The position numbers and the translations under genes are program-made. Shown here piece by piece: positions 1 through 12,500 of a stretch of DNA of 64,000 nucleotides. Origin of the DNA: Azolla caroliniana (Eukaryota; Plantae; Polypodiophyta); assembly GCA_043228905.1 (NCBI GenBank), contig JBHGNT010000001.1, positions 2,046,001 to 2,110,000 of the forward strand, in the 5' to 3' direction. Every line of letters begins with the position of its first letter. Position 1 is the first letter of the stretch. The notes beneath the pieces are model-generated. The model was not told the DNA's origin. It made no database searches and worked only from the letters and a program-made list of their open reading frames with translations.

Positions 1-160
1 AGAGATGGACAAAATAGAATATAGGATTATGTAACTGGCGTTCACCTTGACTCTGCATGTATTTATACATGTTTGTGGGCTCTGCAGTAACTTTACTATA
101 ATGCAAGAGGTCAAGAATTTGAATATTGACATGACCATGACAATATTTAACCCTTATAGA

Positions 161-324
161 CATCTACGTACTACTACTACGACTACAAACTCAATGTCAT
201 CCTACACACCAACTCAAATGGCGAATATGACAATATTGAATTGAACCCTTCTAGGCATCTAAATACTAATACTACGACTACAAACTCAATGTCACCCTAC
301 ACACCAACTCAAATGGTGAATATG
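161..324. repeat. Direct repeat, two ~68-bp copies
   Basis: catcta...actacgactacaaactcaatgtca.cctacacaccaactcaaatgg.gaatatg occurs at 161-229 and 257-324. Confidence 0.8.
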
Positions 325-426
325 TGACCTTGTAAAGTTCCTTCTCTTCATGGTTGCGATTTCATGACTTCTCTAACACTATCAATTGCTACAAAAAAAG
401 TCATTTTAACTTTACAACATATTTTC

Positions 427-1500
427 TCACCCCAACTTACAAATCAAAAGTGAAGACATTCCGCATATTTCAATTGAACCATAGCCCCCAAAACTCGAGA
501 ATGCAAAAATAATTTGGGAATAAGGTATCGGGTCATTGTTCTCCATATGTCCAAAAACCCAACGGAATGAAGATAGGCTTACTCTAGTTAGAGACATCCA
601 TACTAAATTGATAGACTTGCAAACCATCCTAACCATCGAGCATGAAAGAATTAGATGCCTACTATGTTCCAGTTTCATCGAACAAAAGAAACACATTCCT
701 CTTGCAGTGTTTATTTTTTTAAATGTATCTCCCAATGATGAAGCTCTAACCATAATTCTCCAAATGAATACCTTAGCTTGTAGCATCAATCAAGAACACC
801 AACCTGCCTTGAGCACATGAAACCACCAGGTAATGGGCTTATGAAACCCCCATATTTTTATAACCCTTTCTTCCATCCACTTATGTTTGTTAATCAACTT
901 ATGATAACCATCGTTTGTTGAGATCATATTCAATATACTATTTCCAACAAATGTCCAATCAAGCTCTTGAGATCTCCAATCGAAATAAGGAATTAGCTCA
1001 TATAATGATAGTATAACTTGCAACTTATCTCAAATAAAGGAATAACCTCATGGAGTACGAAATGTTGATCATGTTATTCGAAATGCCATTAATCTTCTTT
1101 GTGACACCAATGTAGCATACTTGACAGTTACTAAACCCAATCTAACCATCCGATTAAATTGAAGGTTAAGATGTTGTTTACCTTCCACCTAAATAACCTT
1201 GATGTCGCCAAAACCTCCATTTGTAATGAATTGGCACATACCCTTTCTTGTGGATTATGCCATTGCCCAAAATCCAACATACTTTGTGATGATCTCAACA
1301 AATGATTAACTATCAGAGGTCATGCACATGTAACCTCCCTTTCATAATTAAGAACATTCTACCAATTAACCTCAACCATCATGTTTCAAAACTTAATTCA
1401 TGCCTTCTCTAAAAAGTATGCCACCATTTCTGTCCAAGGTTGTACACCCTCAAATAAATCGAATGAAAGTAAATTAAAGAGCCACCATATGCTCATATCA
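427..1500 (-). mobile_element. Degenerate L1-type LINE ORF2 3' fragment (zf-RVT-like)
   Basis: ORF 427-789(-) reads KVFIWRIM...CFFCSMKLEHSRHLILSCSMVRMV, the F-x-W...CxxC...E..xH..xxC pattern of the LINE C-terminal zinc finger. Upstream frames are broken; boundaries are approximate. Confidence 0.6.
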
Positions 1501-1618
1501 ATCATATTATGAAGTATACGCACCATTCCTGCATTCACATTCGCGAACATTCGTATCATTCGAGTATGGAAAACACTCGAAGTATGGTAAATACCATACT
1601 TTTGCACTCATTATTTAT

Positions 1619-2057
1619 TGTTAAGTAATTAGGTAATTAACTAGGGTTAATTAGAGACTAATTATATGGTTACGTTAAGCAGCGGAAGATTAGTATGATA
1701 TGCGCATGAGAGTGTGTGAGAGGAAGAGAGAGAGAGAGGAAGTTACACTTGAACACAAAGATAAATGGGGGATGATTAACTATATTAAAAAGTGTCATCA
1801 ACATTCAAAAATACCCACAATGAGGTATATATACAACCCATGTGCAAAGGTGCACATGTGTGGGTAGAACATAGGTACTTATGTGTAAGTCCTACATTAA
1901 ATGTACTAAGGAGTGGAGGATCTAGAATATCCCACTTAAGTACAAGGTCCTATTTAAAGGGTTAAGGTCAACACATTAACTAGATTCAATCTAGGTAACT
2001 ACTAAGTTACATGTGTTGACTAACTAGATTAAACTAGTTGAGCTTGATATCTCAACA
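1619..2057 (-). mobile_element. Solo LTR (439 bp), probably Copia, related to the outer nested element
   Basis: TGTT...AACA termini with TSD TTTAT at 1614-1618 and 2058-2062. The end GTTGAGCTTGATATCTCAACA resembles the outer Copia LTR end GTTGAGCTTGATTCTCAACA. Confidence 0.8.
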
Positions 2058-2738
2058 TTTATTATAAGGTATTTCTTTTTAGGGTGAAAAAGTTAAGGTA
2101 AAAAGTGTAAAAAGAAAACACAAGAATGTTTTAATAACATACGCATTCATTTGCAAACGTATGAAAACGAATGTTTGGGCTAACGAACACGAATATTACG
2201 TACTATGATATAAATTCAATATTGATGCCCCACCAAGACGCGTCAGAGTACAAACATGATCCCATGCCAACCACGACATGACATTTTCCCCTTTTCTTTT
2301 CCATAACAACGCTCATATTGAGTGTGACACCATTTCAAGAGCTTTCTTCGACCATGGTAACAACGGAAGATAATAAGACACCATATATACAATAATCGAT
2401 TGGACCCTCTTAAGCCATGCATGAAAAGGCTATAATTGAAACCTCCAAGACATTGGGACCACGGGCCACATCCACATCAAAACCCTTTGCCCTCTTGCTT
2501 CTCTTCAAGAGCTTGGATGGAAATGAAATTAGGCCTAATATAACATCATTTTCATTGTAGAACATGTTTTTTATTTAAAACATGTTTGTTATTCTACTAT
2601 AACTATTTAGCTTAAAACATTATTTTTATCTTATTTTTATTTCTAGTTTTTACTTTCGATGAATGGGTAAATATTCCATTTTTTGTTGTAAACCATTTGT
2701 CTCGTGGACCAATTTTGGCCTTAGAAGACGTTAATATA

Positions 2739-2744
<6 letters not shown>

Positions 2745-2779
<35 letters not shown>
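2745..2779. repeat. (CT)n microsatellite
   Basis: Uninterrupted CT run. Confidence 0.95.
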
Positions 2780-2780
<1 letters not shown>

Positions 2781-2781
<1 letters not shown>

Positions 2782-3189
2782 TTGTGGGTGATTGATTAGC
2801 TATCTTGCTCCTCGTTAGGTTTTAGCATTTTGGCAAAGACCACTTGTGACCAATGAATTTGTGCCATTTCAACGAAAAAAGTGTGCTCCACTTGAATTAC
2901 AATCGACAAAGTACTTTGTCCATCAAACAAATTTTAGCAATGGGTTTCAAGAAATCTACATAGATGTTCTCTCCCATGATGTCCGCTTTGGTCGAAAAAA
3001 CAAGGAAGAGAGCAAGGATAGGATCTCACACATGGTATCAACAAAAGAAGAAGGAGGAAAGACAACCCTGGGACGAAACTTGTGTTGATGTGGCACAACC
3101 CGGGAGTTTGTGCTTGTGTGGCATCCTGTCATTAGTTTTTGATAACAAGTACAAACTCTCGAGTTGTGCCACATCAACACGAGAGAGAG

Positions 3190-3221
<32 letters not shown>

Positions 3222-3778
3222 TCTTCTTCTTCCGGCTCATGAGTCTATGTTCTGTTCGTTTTTCCCGACCACTTTGTACTCATGATGTGGTAGAGCCAGG
3301 GGGAACCCTCGTGCTAATGCGGCATGGCTTGGGGCGAAACTCGTGTTGATGTGGCATAGCCCTAGACTAATCTCGTGTTGATGTGGCACAACCTGGGAGT
3401 TTGTGCTTGTGTGGCATCCTATCATTGATTTTTTATGAGAAGTATGATAGACGCCCTTAGTGAAAATATGCTCTCGGGGTTGTCTCTTCTTCTTTTGTTG
3501 ATAGTAGGTACAATCTGTGACATCCTATCCTTGCTCTCTTCCTTGTTTTTTCGACCAAAACGGACATTCTCGATTTCCATGGGAGAGAAACATCTATGCA
3601 GATTTCTCGAAACTCGTTGCTAAAATTAGCGTGATGGACAAAGTACTTTGATTGATTGTAATTCAAGTGGACCACACATGTTTCGTTGAAACGACACAAA
3701 TTCATTGGTGGCAAGGTGGTCTTCGCCAAAACGCTAAAACGTAACGAGGAGCAAGATAGCTAATCAATCACCCACAAA
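2781..3778. repeat. Inverted repeat with ~290-bp arms (2781-3070 and ~3477-3778)
   Basis: tttgtgggtgattgattagctatcttgctcctcgtta (2781) is the reverse complement of taacgaggagcaagatagctaatcaatcacccacaaa (ending 3778). Similarity continues along the arms with substitutions and indels. Confidence 0.9.
3180..3426 (-). repeat. Inverted diverged copy of the SDE2 proximal promoter/5'UTR (~3800-4030)
   Basis: The reverse complement reads aatgataggatgccacacaagcacaaactccc...gaaaaacgaacagaacatagactcatgagccggaagaagaagatct, matching 3801-4027. A shorter partial copy lies at ~3071-3135. Confidence 0.9.
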
Positions 3779-3798
3779 CATAGACTTGTCATCAAAGA

Positions 3799-3944
3799 CC
3801 AATGACAGGATGCCACACAAGCACAAACTCCCGGGCCGTGCCACATCAGCATGAGATTAGTCTGGGGCTATGCCACATCAGCCCGAGTTTCGTCTCGGGC
3901 CGCGCCACATCAGCACGGGGGTCCTCCCTGGCTATGCCACATCA
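3799..3944 (+). promoter_or_regulatory. SDE2 promoter module: ERSE-like CCAAT-N9-CCACA plus four GCCACATCA boxes at a 32-bp period
   Basis: CCAATgacaggatgCCACA at 3799-3817; GCCACATCA starts at 3840, 3872, 3904 and 3936. Function is inferred. Confidence 0.5.
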
Positions 3945-4079
3945 TCAGTACAGGTGGCCGGGAAAACGAACAGAACGCAGACTCGCGAGCCGGAAGAAGA
4001 AGAAGAAGAAGAAGAAGAAGAAGATCTATCTGTCTGTCTGTCTGTCTGTCTTGCGGAGAATAACCTTGTCTGTCTGGCT

Positions 4080-7000
4080 ATGGCGTTTCCTTCTCCTTCT
4101 CCGGCGACTGTTTCTTCACAGCTCTTCCTGCGAAACCTGGATGGACGAACAACCACTCTCCGCTTCACCACCGACACCCTCACAGGCTCCTTCCTCTACC
4201 ACCACATCTCCTCTCTCCTCCGCATCCCTGCTTCGTCCTTCTTCATCCTCACAGGGACCAAGCTCATCACTCCACAGACATCTCTTTCATCTTCGCCGCC
4301 ATCTTCTGCGGATCCGATCTCTCCCGCGACGAATCTTTCATCATCACCTCCTCCACATCAAGATGAAGTACATACCGTGTTCCCTTCCTGTAGCCTTCTG
4401 CTTCGACTTCGTGGAGGTAAAGGAGGATTTGGATCTCTTCTCAGAGGAGCAGCTACTAAGGCTGGACAGAAGAAAACCAGTAATTTCGATGCTTGTCGTG
4501 ACATGAGTGGAAGAAGACTCAGGCATGTGAATGCGGAGAAAAAGCTCAAGGAGTGGAAAGAACAGTCTAAAGAAAGGCAGCTTGAAATGGCTGCGAACGA
4601 ATATCTCAAGAAACAAGCAAAGATGGAGAAGGAAGATTCTGGTTGTGCGAAAGAGATCGAGAAGTATAGAGAAGAAACATTTAAATATATGGAAGATGTG
4701 GAAGATGCAGTTTTAACAGGTCTTGCAGAGGCGAAGAAATTTGGCAAGAGGAAGATCGTTGATGATGCAGTTCCCTCCAGTAGCTCTAAACGAGCACATA
4801 TGTGGTATGTTAACGGCAAACTTTGTTGTTGAATAAAACTGCTTAAAGGCATTTTTTTACTGAGTGATCCACGAAAATGTACACATTTAATACAAACCTA
4901 AAACGTTGTGTAAGATTCAGTTCCTTCCAGTAGCGCTAAATATGAACTTGTGGTAAGTTTAAGCTAACTGAATGATTCAGAGAATTATTGAGATATGATA
5001 TAAGACTATGCCAAAGTAGTTTTAAAAGACACGCATTCACAATAAGATGCACACACCATTATAAATATATTGTCTCAAATCTTCGATATCCCTGGGCTAA
5101 GTTTAAGACTCACTCTTAAGCTAAATTTAGGACTAAGCCAAAGTGACTTTAAAAGGCACACATTCACAATTAGATGCATACACCATCATATATATATTGT
5201 CTCGAATCCTCCATATCCCTGGGGCTAAGTTTAAAACCTACTGTTAAGCTCTAAAATTTATTTCAGCTAAAGATTGTACTGGGGTTCATCTTTTATGTTC
5301 ACTTTTCAGATTGCTGATTTTTTATTTTCTATGTTTGCATCTTGCTAAGCATGAAACGGTAACGGTTTTTGATTAGGTGTTCTAATGAAGATGATATCAT
5401 GGAGGGATCAGAAGATGAAGATGAAGATTCTGAGGATGGGGGTAAGAGTGGATTATCTGAAAATGAACACGAGAAGGATGCATCAGAAGAAAACAGTGCT
5501 GAGAAAGGATCTGAGAAGAAAAACAATGAGGACGGCTCTGAAAAGAAGTATGCCAAGAAAGTATTTGGGAATGAGGGCACTGAAGTAAGGGCTGAAGAAA
5601 ATGTTTGTGGAAATGGTTTAGAATATTCAGCTGCTGCTGGAAAGGTCAAAGAGAAGATCATCAAGGAAGGTTTGGTAACTGCTCCTGGGAATGATGAGGT
5701 TGCTGCCCAACTAGTCAAAGAGAAGATCATCGAGAAAGGGTTCAGGTCTGTGTCTGAGGAGGAGAAGACTCCAAAGGAAGTTTACACAAAGCAGGGTGTG
5801 GAAATGGATTCAGAAAACATACAAATTGAAGAAGAAGAGATTGTTGCACGGACTGATAAGCAATATGGAAATGGAACAGATGGTGCTGCAACCAATATAT
5901 TGGCCAGTAATGGCACTTTGGCTCAATGCCAATTGAAGGATGAAAGCAAGAACAGTGCAAATGTTGATAATGGATCCCTTGCAGAGCTCAACTTTGATGC
6001 TATTCACTGTGCTTCGGACTTGGAGGTAAATGAGAAGTTTTGTGTTCAAATCCTTTTTCTGTCAATATAACATAAAAAACTTATTCTTTCAAATTTAATT
6101 TCAAGTTCATTTAAGTATTTTAGTGGTAGTCCTGGTAGATATACAAAATGGGCATGTTTAGATATCAATGGATTGGTAAACACTTATCAAGTCTTGAGAC
6201 TTGTAGGCAAAATATGAAGTTACTGTATTGAAAGAAAAATAAAACAGTATTGTGAAGTAAATGAAACTTCTTGGATTGATTCATTTTTGGATCATTTGCC
6301 TTATAGCTTCTTATATGACCTTACACCATATGATACCCACACTACCTTTTTATTACTTTTTGTGGTTGAACTTGTGTAGTTTTCATTGTTTGTATAAAAT
6401 TAGAAGTTCATCAATGTGAAAGAAGTGATAATTTTCCCTAAATATATTTATGCTCTTAAACTCCTGTGCATTTATGTATGCTATGGAGTATTTTGTTCAC
6501 CATTAAACTATTCCAACACGGAGTCAGTGTAGTCTGTAGCACTGATGATTCATGGTAAATGGTCCATGCCATTGCTTGAGCTATAGGAACAATTAGACCT
6601 TATAGAGTGTATGTAGGGCATTAACATTTATATGCAAGTTGAAAAATGTCTGTAGAAATTTGAGCTATCTGAGATTGGTGTTTGAACTCTCGGGCTCAGA
6701 CCGTATAGGTGCTAGCAAAAACTAATATAGCACTTAAATCATAAGATAAAGTCATGAAATTTGTGTTGTTTATTTGCTGGCTTTGACCGATATGACAATC
6801 TTCTGAGGCTCCACTGTTTCCTTGAATACAACTTGTATAATTTTGAATTGATTTATAAGATATTCCCACAAACAAAAGCTGCCATGAATTTGGAGAATGA
6901 AACATGAAACCAGAATAAAATCAAGAGAGCTTCGCGGAAGCTTAGTCATCAGTCATCAGTCATGAATCATAACTCTTCTTTTTCCCTTCGACTCTTTTGT

Positions 7001-7388
7001 CTCTTCGATACATTTTTATCTACAAAGTGAATCTTAAAAAGAGTTGGATGCATCTTAACTGTCTGTTCTTTGATTATATAATATGTGTTTTGATTAGTGT
7101 ATTAATAATTCTTTAACGTGTTTTTTTAGTTTATGTATTATATTCCATAGGGGCAATGTCTTAAATTTTTTTGATGCATCAATAAGATTTAGTTTTTTCA
7201 AGTGGAGTAAACTTAGTTCTTTTTTTATGCAGGTGCTTGGCCTTGAGAAATTGAAACAAGAATTGAAGTCAAGAGGGCTGAAATGTGGTGGCAGCTTAGC
7301 TGAGCGTGCAGGAAGGTTGTTTCTACTGAAAACCATCACCCTTGATAAATTAGACAAAAAACATTTTGCAAAATCAAGAGTTCAATAA
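4080..7388 (+). CDS. SDE2: Replication stress response regulator / splicing factor SDE2
   Basis: Exons 4080-4804, 5377-6025 and 7233-7388 have GT-AG ends and compatible phases. N-terminal ubiquitin-like fold ends LLLRLRGG|[10 protein letters not shown] (Sde2 cleavage signature), followed by [23 protein letters not shown]-terminal SAP-like [29 protein letters not shown]. Confidence 0.95.
5005..5250. repeat. Intronic ~125-bp tandem duplication
   Basis: gacta.gccaaagt...cattcacaat.agatgca.acacca...atatccctggg.ctaagttta occurs twice in SDE2 intron 1. Confidence 0.8.
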
Positions 7389-8932
7389 TGATATCAGGTT
7401 TAGTCCATACTATTAGTATAATTAGTTGTGGGAGTTCTAGAGAGAAGAACACCTGCTTGTAATATACACTTTGTGTGCAAAGCACTATTTTCAGACTTCC
7501 CAACCTTGGTGAAGCCAAGCATTTTGACTTGATTTGGTGCCATTTAAAGTCAACTGTTTGGCTTATAATTATTTATCTTTAAATTAGTGAGTCTGTTAAG
7601 GATAAACAAGTATTTAGTCATTTACTCAGCAAATGAAATATAATAGGCGGATGAGTTTTTATCCATCTGCAATCTTGTGTTTTCAACATTTTGTTCATAC
7701 TCGTTTAGAGTAGAGGAAGGCATTATGTGCCAAAACCAGAATGTGAAACCATGTATTTATACATCACACTATAGTTATTAGGTTGCCTGATTTTCTGACT
7801 TTTGAAAATGGTGAAGCTTGAAGTTTCAAATATGGTCATAGAGAATGGGTATGATGTAGTGTTCATTATAACTACAAGTTTAGTTTGCAATTTTGCAGAC
7901 GAGCTTTTTGCTCCCAGAACTGTGGCTTTACCAAACTGAAATTGTCCTGGTCTTTTGTTCACAACAATGCAAAGTGAGAATGATAGCATAGACCATGTGT
8001 GTTCCCATGTTACTTCCACATATTATCAAACATTAGAGAAGATAAACTTCAAAAAATGACCAATTGTTTGTGTTAATTACTGTCTTAGATTGTAGATAAC
8101 TTTGTGAACATAGGTGCATTTACTGTCCCAAATCATTTGAAAATCCTTGTTCTTTCCATTCATTCCAGATAATTATGTCAGTGTTCAAAATCATTATTTT
8201 TTGCATTCATTCAATGTAGGTTGTTTGGTGTTCAAAATCATTTGTTAACACAAAAGAGAAAAGTTTACGACCCACTTTCAATGGATTTGAGCTTGTTGCA
8301 CACGAAAGTTCATAATCTATGTAATTTGATATTATGTGTAGCCTTGAGTAAATTCGTCGTATTCCCTTGATTGAATGGCCCCACTAGGTTGAAGATAATA
8401 TTCAATCAAGAATGTCTTTTTATGTCCATGACCTTTCCTTTTTTCTCATCTCCTTTTCCATATATTATTAACATGGTTGTGGAATAGCTTGTGACAACAT
8501 ACATATGCTTGACATGCTACCTTGTTGTGAATCTATGACTTTTCTTATATCCTCAACATGTTTTAGGGATAACTTGTGAGAGCATACACATGCTTGACAT
8601 GCTACTTTGCCTACCTTCACTCTCATTGCTTGCCGCTTTCTTTTGTCATGCACTGCACCCACAATTTTAGATTGCTAATTATAATTAGATATTATTCTAA
8701 TGCACTTTCAATTATATATTGTTGTCTTCAACCTCTATTCGGGTGGCGAATATGGTGGGATTGAGTCGAACAAGTGATGTATGATAGTGTTGTATTCATG
8801 TTTTGTTTTGGTTCAAGTGATTTGTTGTGCTTTCATTCATTGTTCAATCAAATAAACACATACCCTTGAGCTACTTGGAATAGTTGAGGCTATCATTGAT
8901 CCTTCATATTAGATTAATAATAGTGGGCAAGC

Positions 8933-9546
8933 GGGTGTTGACTACTTTACCTCTCGATTCTCAATTTGAGAGAGGCTTACAGATTGCATCCCCTCGGTTC
9001 CGGGAGATTTGGATGTTGATCGCAAGCTTCACCCTCTGGTATGTCTAGAAAGCACGCTTCCTAAAGATCTTCCAAGATTGGTACGCCCCCCGGAGGAACT
9101 GATCATGGATATCTAGTTTGTGATTATCAACTGCCTTCGTGGGGAATTGGACGAGGTTTGCAGCCACTCCAATGATGTGGTCATTGCCAGTTTGCGCTTC
9201 TAGCAGAAATGGCGGAACACACCAATAGTGACGCACAGGGGAAACAACCCGAGGTGGAACTACCAGCCCCCACGTTGGTTGTTTCCTACTCTCCTCGTAC
9301 CCTCCCTTCATGTAGGCCACAAAATTCGGCTAGTGTTGGCCGGTGTTGAAGGACATTGTTTATAGCTTTAGGTTTTTACTTACATTAAGTAGCTAGGTTG
9401 AAAGGATGTATACATAGTCTCATATTCTTGAAGTTTGAACTCAATTGAAGAGTGATTCCCCGACTTAGGTAAAAGGCACCTTGTATAGTCGTTCTGTAAT
9501 AATCTCTCCTAACTAATGGGAAAGTAGCTTCTTTTTAGAAAAAAAA
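8933..9546 (+). mobile_element. 5'-truncated L1-like LINE insertion with poly(A) tail and 14-bp TSD
   Basis: TSD AATAGTGGGCAAGC at 8919-8932 and 9547-9560; A-run from 9539. The + strand translates (with stops) as REIWMLIASFTLWYV*KAR...PEELIMDI*...WNYQPPRWLFP, typical of a LINE ORF2 C-terminus. Confidence 0.85.
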
Positions 9547-12500
9547 AATAGTGGGCAAGCTTTATTCATTTTTGGGTTTAAGCTATAATTAGAATTAGTT
9601 AAAAGTGCAATCTCAATATTTATTGGGGAGAAATGGTATGACATGTTTTTTGTTTGTTACATAAGTATACGAAGACCATATGCTATAAAAAAAACCATGC
9701 ATTAATTAAAACGATAACAAAATGATGAAATTTTGGTAGAAAATATCTATCTAGTTACATTTTAAATCAATAAACCTTTTGAAGAGAACATTAACCCAAA
9801 TTATTGGCAATAGAAAAAATAGGTATTACATTGTTCAAATGGAAATCTAAATATGTGTATCAAAACTAAACAAATATTCAAACATAGAGAAGAATGATCT
9901 ACATTGTTTCAACTGTAAGCAAGGAAAGGTAAGTTTTGACATGTAACGATGAGCTTTGAAACATCCCAAGCATCATTCATGTTCCGTGTCGTTGATTTTT
10001 TATTGAAATTCCCTAGGCAACTGTAGTATGAAGATCGTGAAACTATGCATGTACTTTATTTCTTTGTTGTGGTTTGACAATCATATGATTGATAGTTCCT
10101 AGCAAGTTCACGTGACAAGTGACATCCTATCCAAACAATGAATTTTTGTTATTGGATTTCTTATCTATATTCTAATTCCTAGTTTTAATTCTTTCATATG
10201 ATCTTTGTATTAGCTAACATCATGATTCTATATGCATATTAGCAAAGCACTAGCCAAAGGATTGTACCTCATTGAGATTTCAACAATGCATATAGAAACC
10301 TTGGTGTACCATGAAAAGAGACTTTCAGGGAAGAAATATCTCAATAGTCACCATAAAGCCCATTGTTTATTAACTCCAAGTACATGTTTGTTTCTCATGA
10401 ATGAAAACCGTAGACCTAAGAAACTTTTTCATGGTTCAATATGAAATGATGTTAAAAGCGAAGTAGGTATTGGTTATGGTAGTGAGGACCAATGAATATT
10501 TCTATGTGACATTCCAATGTTGAATAAAAAATGAAACAAGCGCATCCATCAAGTAAAAAAAACTATACTTGATGGTTTCCAATGGAGTGGTTTGGGAATG
10601 ATAAACCAAAATGTTTATGGTTATGTGATGTAGCAAACAACACATTTATAGTTTTAATATACTCATGCTTCATTATGTTTTTTTAAATAGGAAATGTTAC
10701 AAGTGCATCACCCCATCCAAAGATTGAGGCATGCATCTTGTAGTTGTTCATGAGACATTATACAATTTCCATAATGAGTATACATGTCTTTAAGGTGTGT
10801 GCACACAAGGGACGCATATGACCTACGTGTTTTGGGGAGCCTAATAGTTCAACCATATAAACACACAAGATGAGCGAAAGGGGTTATGAGCAATATACAA
10901 AAATTTGAAGCTCCGTTTAACTAGATTGCCTCTTGTTTATTTCTTAATATAGTATTTCACTCGTTCTTATCATGAACTAATGCCACATTTGATCTTAAGA
11001 TGTTCGATGTGGGTGATTTCCCCGAAAATGAGACACTTTGTTGCTCCTCGATAGTCACGTTACTCAAGGAGGTGTTTTCCCCATCATTATGGCGTTGTGG
11101 TCTAAATGGCTTTCTGCAAATGTAGACACTAGGGTGAATCCCTTTTAACATAATGGATTGTTTCTTACATTTGGGATTAGAATGCCAATTCCCAAATCTT
11201 CTAAAGATTCACACATGTACTCTAATAAATATGGGAGTAAACCCATCCCCCCCCCTCCCCCCCCCAACAAAAAAGTCTGATAATAAATGGGTATATGCAT
11301 GCGTAGATGAACTAAATCAATGTGTCTTGAATATCCATCTAGAAATTTCAGCTCCCCTATAGCTCTTGAAAGGTTATCCTTAATGACATTTGAGAAAAAA
11401 CGTCTTAAGCCTTGCATTTAGACAATGTACCGAGTTTAAAATTTGGTATAAGTAGTTTCCAACCACCTAATAGGTCTTGGTAGCTAGGGCATCCAACCAC
11501 GAATGCAATTAGTGGTAGCACCTAAGCACACTTACATTGAAAATAGGTAATTCATTGGGAACTTGTGGGTTATCGGTTTGCTAGGCTAGTTTTTGAAGGG
11601 GGGTCATGGGGGGGGGGGGGCGCATTTACATGTGGACTTAATTAGGACTTTGAAAGTAAAGAAAAACAATTCGAAATACATAGGTCATCTCGAGGTGGAA
11701 GAGCAACAATACTAAATTGTGAGGTGACGTGGGAAAGAAAATGTATCTAGACTTTACTAGTCATTTTGTTCATGAGAACATGCATTATGTTACTGCAATG
11801 CATAACACAAAGGTAAATGATATAAGTCTGCTTATTTTTATTAGTATGTTAAGGGTAAAATATTTTATCAATGGAACCATTTCACACACATGCTATGACT
11901 TAATCGACCAAAATCTTTGAAAAACTTCTTAATATTGTATTTTTATTTGTAAGATGAAAATTGTCTTTATATGATGGTTCATCCAAAGGAACTCTCCTTC
12001 CCATAAGTAACAATGTACAAAGCCTTAAAACCTTCATTTACATACAAAGAATTGTAACCACATTTTATATAAGTAAACAATTTGTATTTCATACCATGTT
12101 CATGAACTTCAAATTCATAGGCATGTGAGAATATGAATGGGAATTTCAATATTGTGGCTTGAAGATACTAGTACTAAAACATAAATAAATTTCATTGTGG
12201 CTTGAAGATAATATTTCATTGTACTAAAACATAAATAAATTTCTCATCATATGTGGGAAAAACTTAGGATCAATGCAAACCATTTGATTGTAATCACTTA
12301 TTTGTTTTAAATAAACGTCATTATTGGTGCTCGTTTCACTAGTTTTTATGAATTGGTTCTACACCTACCTTACCAATATGTGATTTATTCTTCGACAAAC
12401 TAAAACATTGTAACTATGAATCTTAATGTTCGGTTAGGTGACAACTTTCATCATCAACTCGTACTTTTCTTGTCACCAACCAGCAAGTGACGATTCTTTA

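Noticed and set aside
3840-3944. CRISPR-like repeat-spacer array
   Set aside because: The repeat is only ~9-11 bp, the spacers are related to each other, there are no cas genes and the context is a eukaryotic promoter.
3870-4079. N-terminal extension of SDE2 from ATG 3870
   Set aside because: It runs through the promoter boxes and (GAA)n/(TCTG)n UTR repeats; the ubiquitin-like fold starts right after ATG 4080.
10957-11417. Retroelement RT-like words (FLDGYS, KKSDNKW)
   Set aside because: They lie on opposite strands, are too short and lack colinear support; probably a relic but not assignable.
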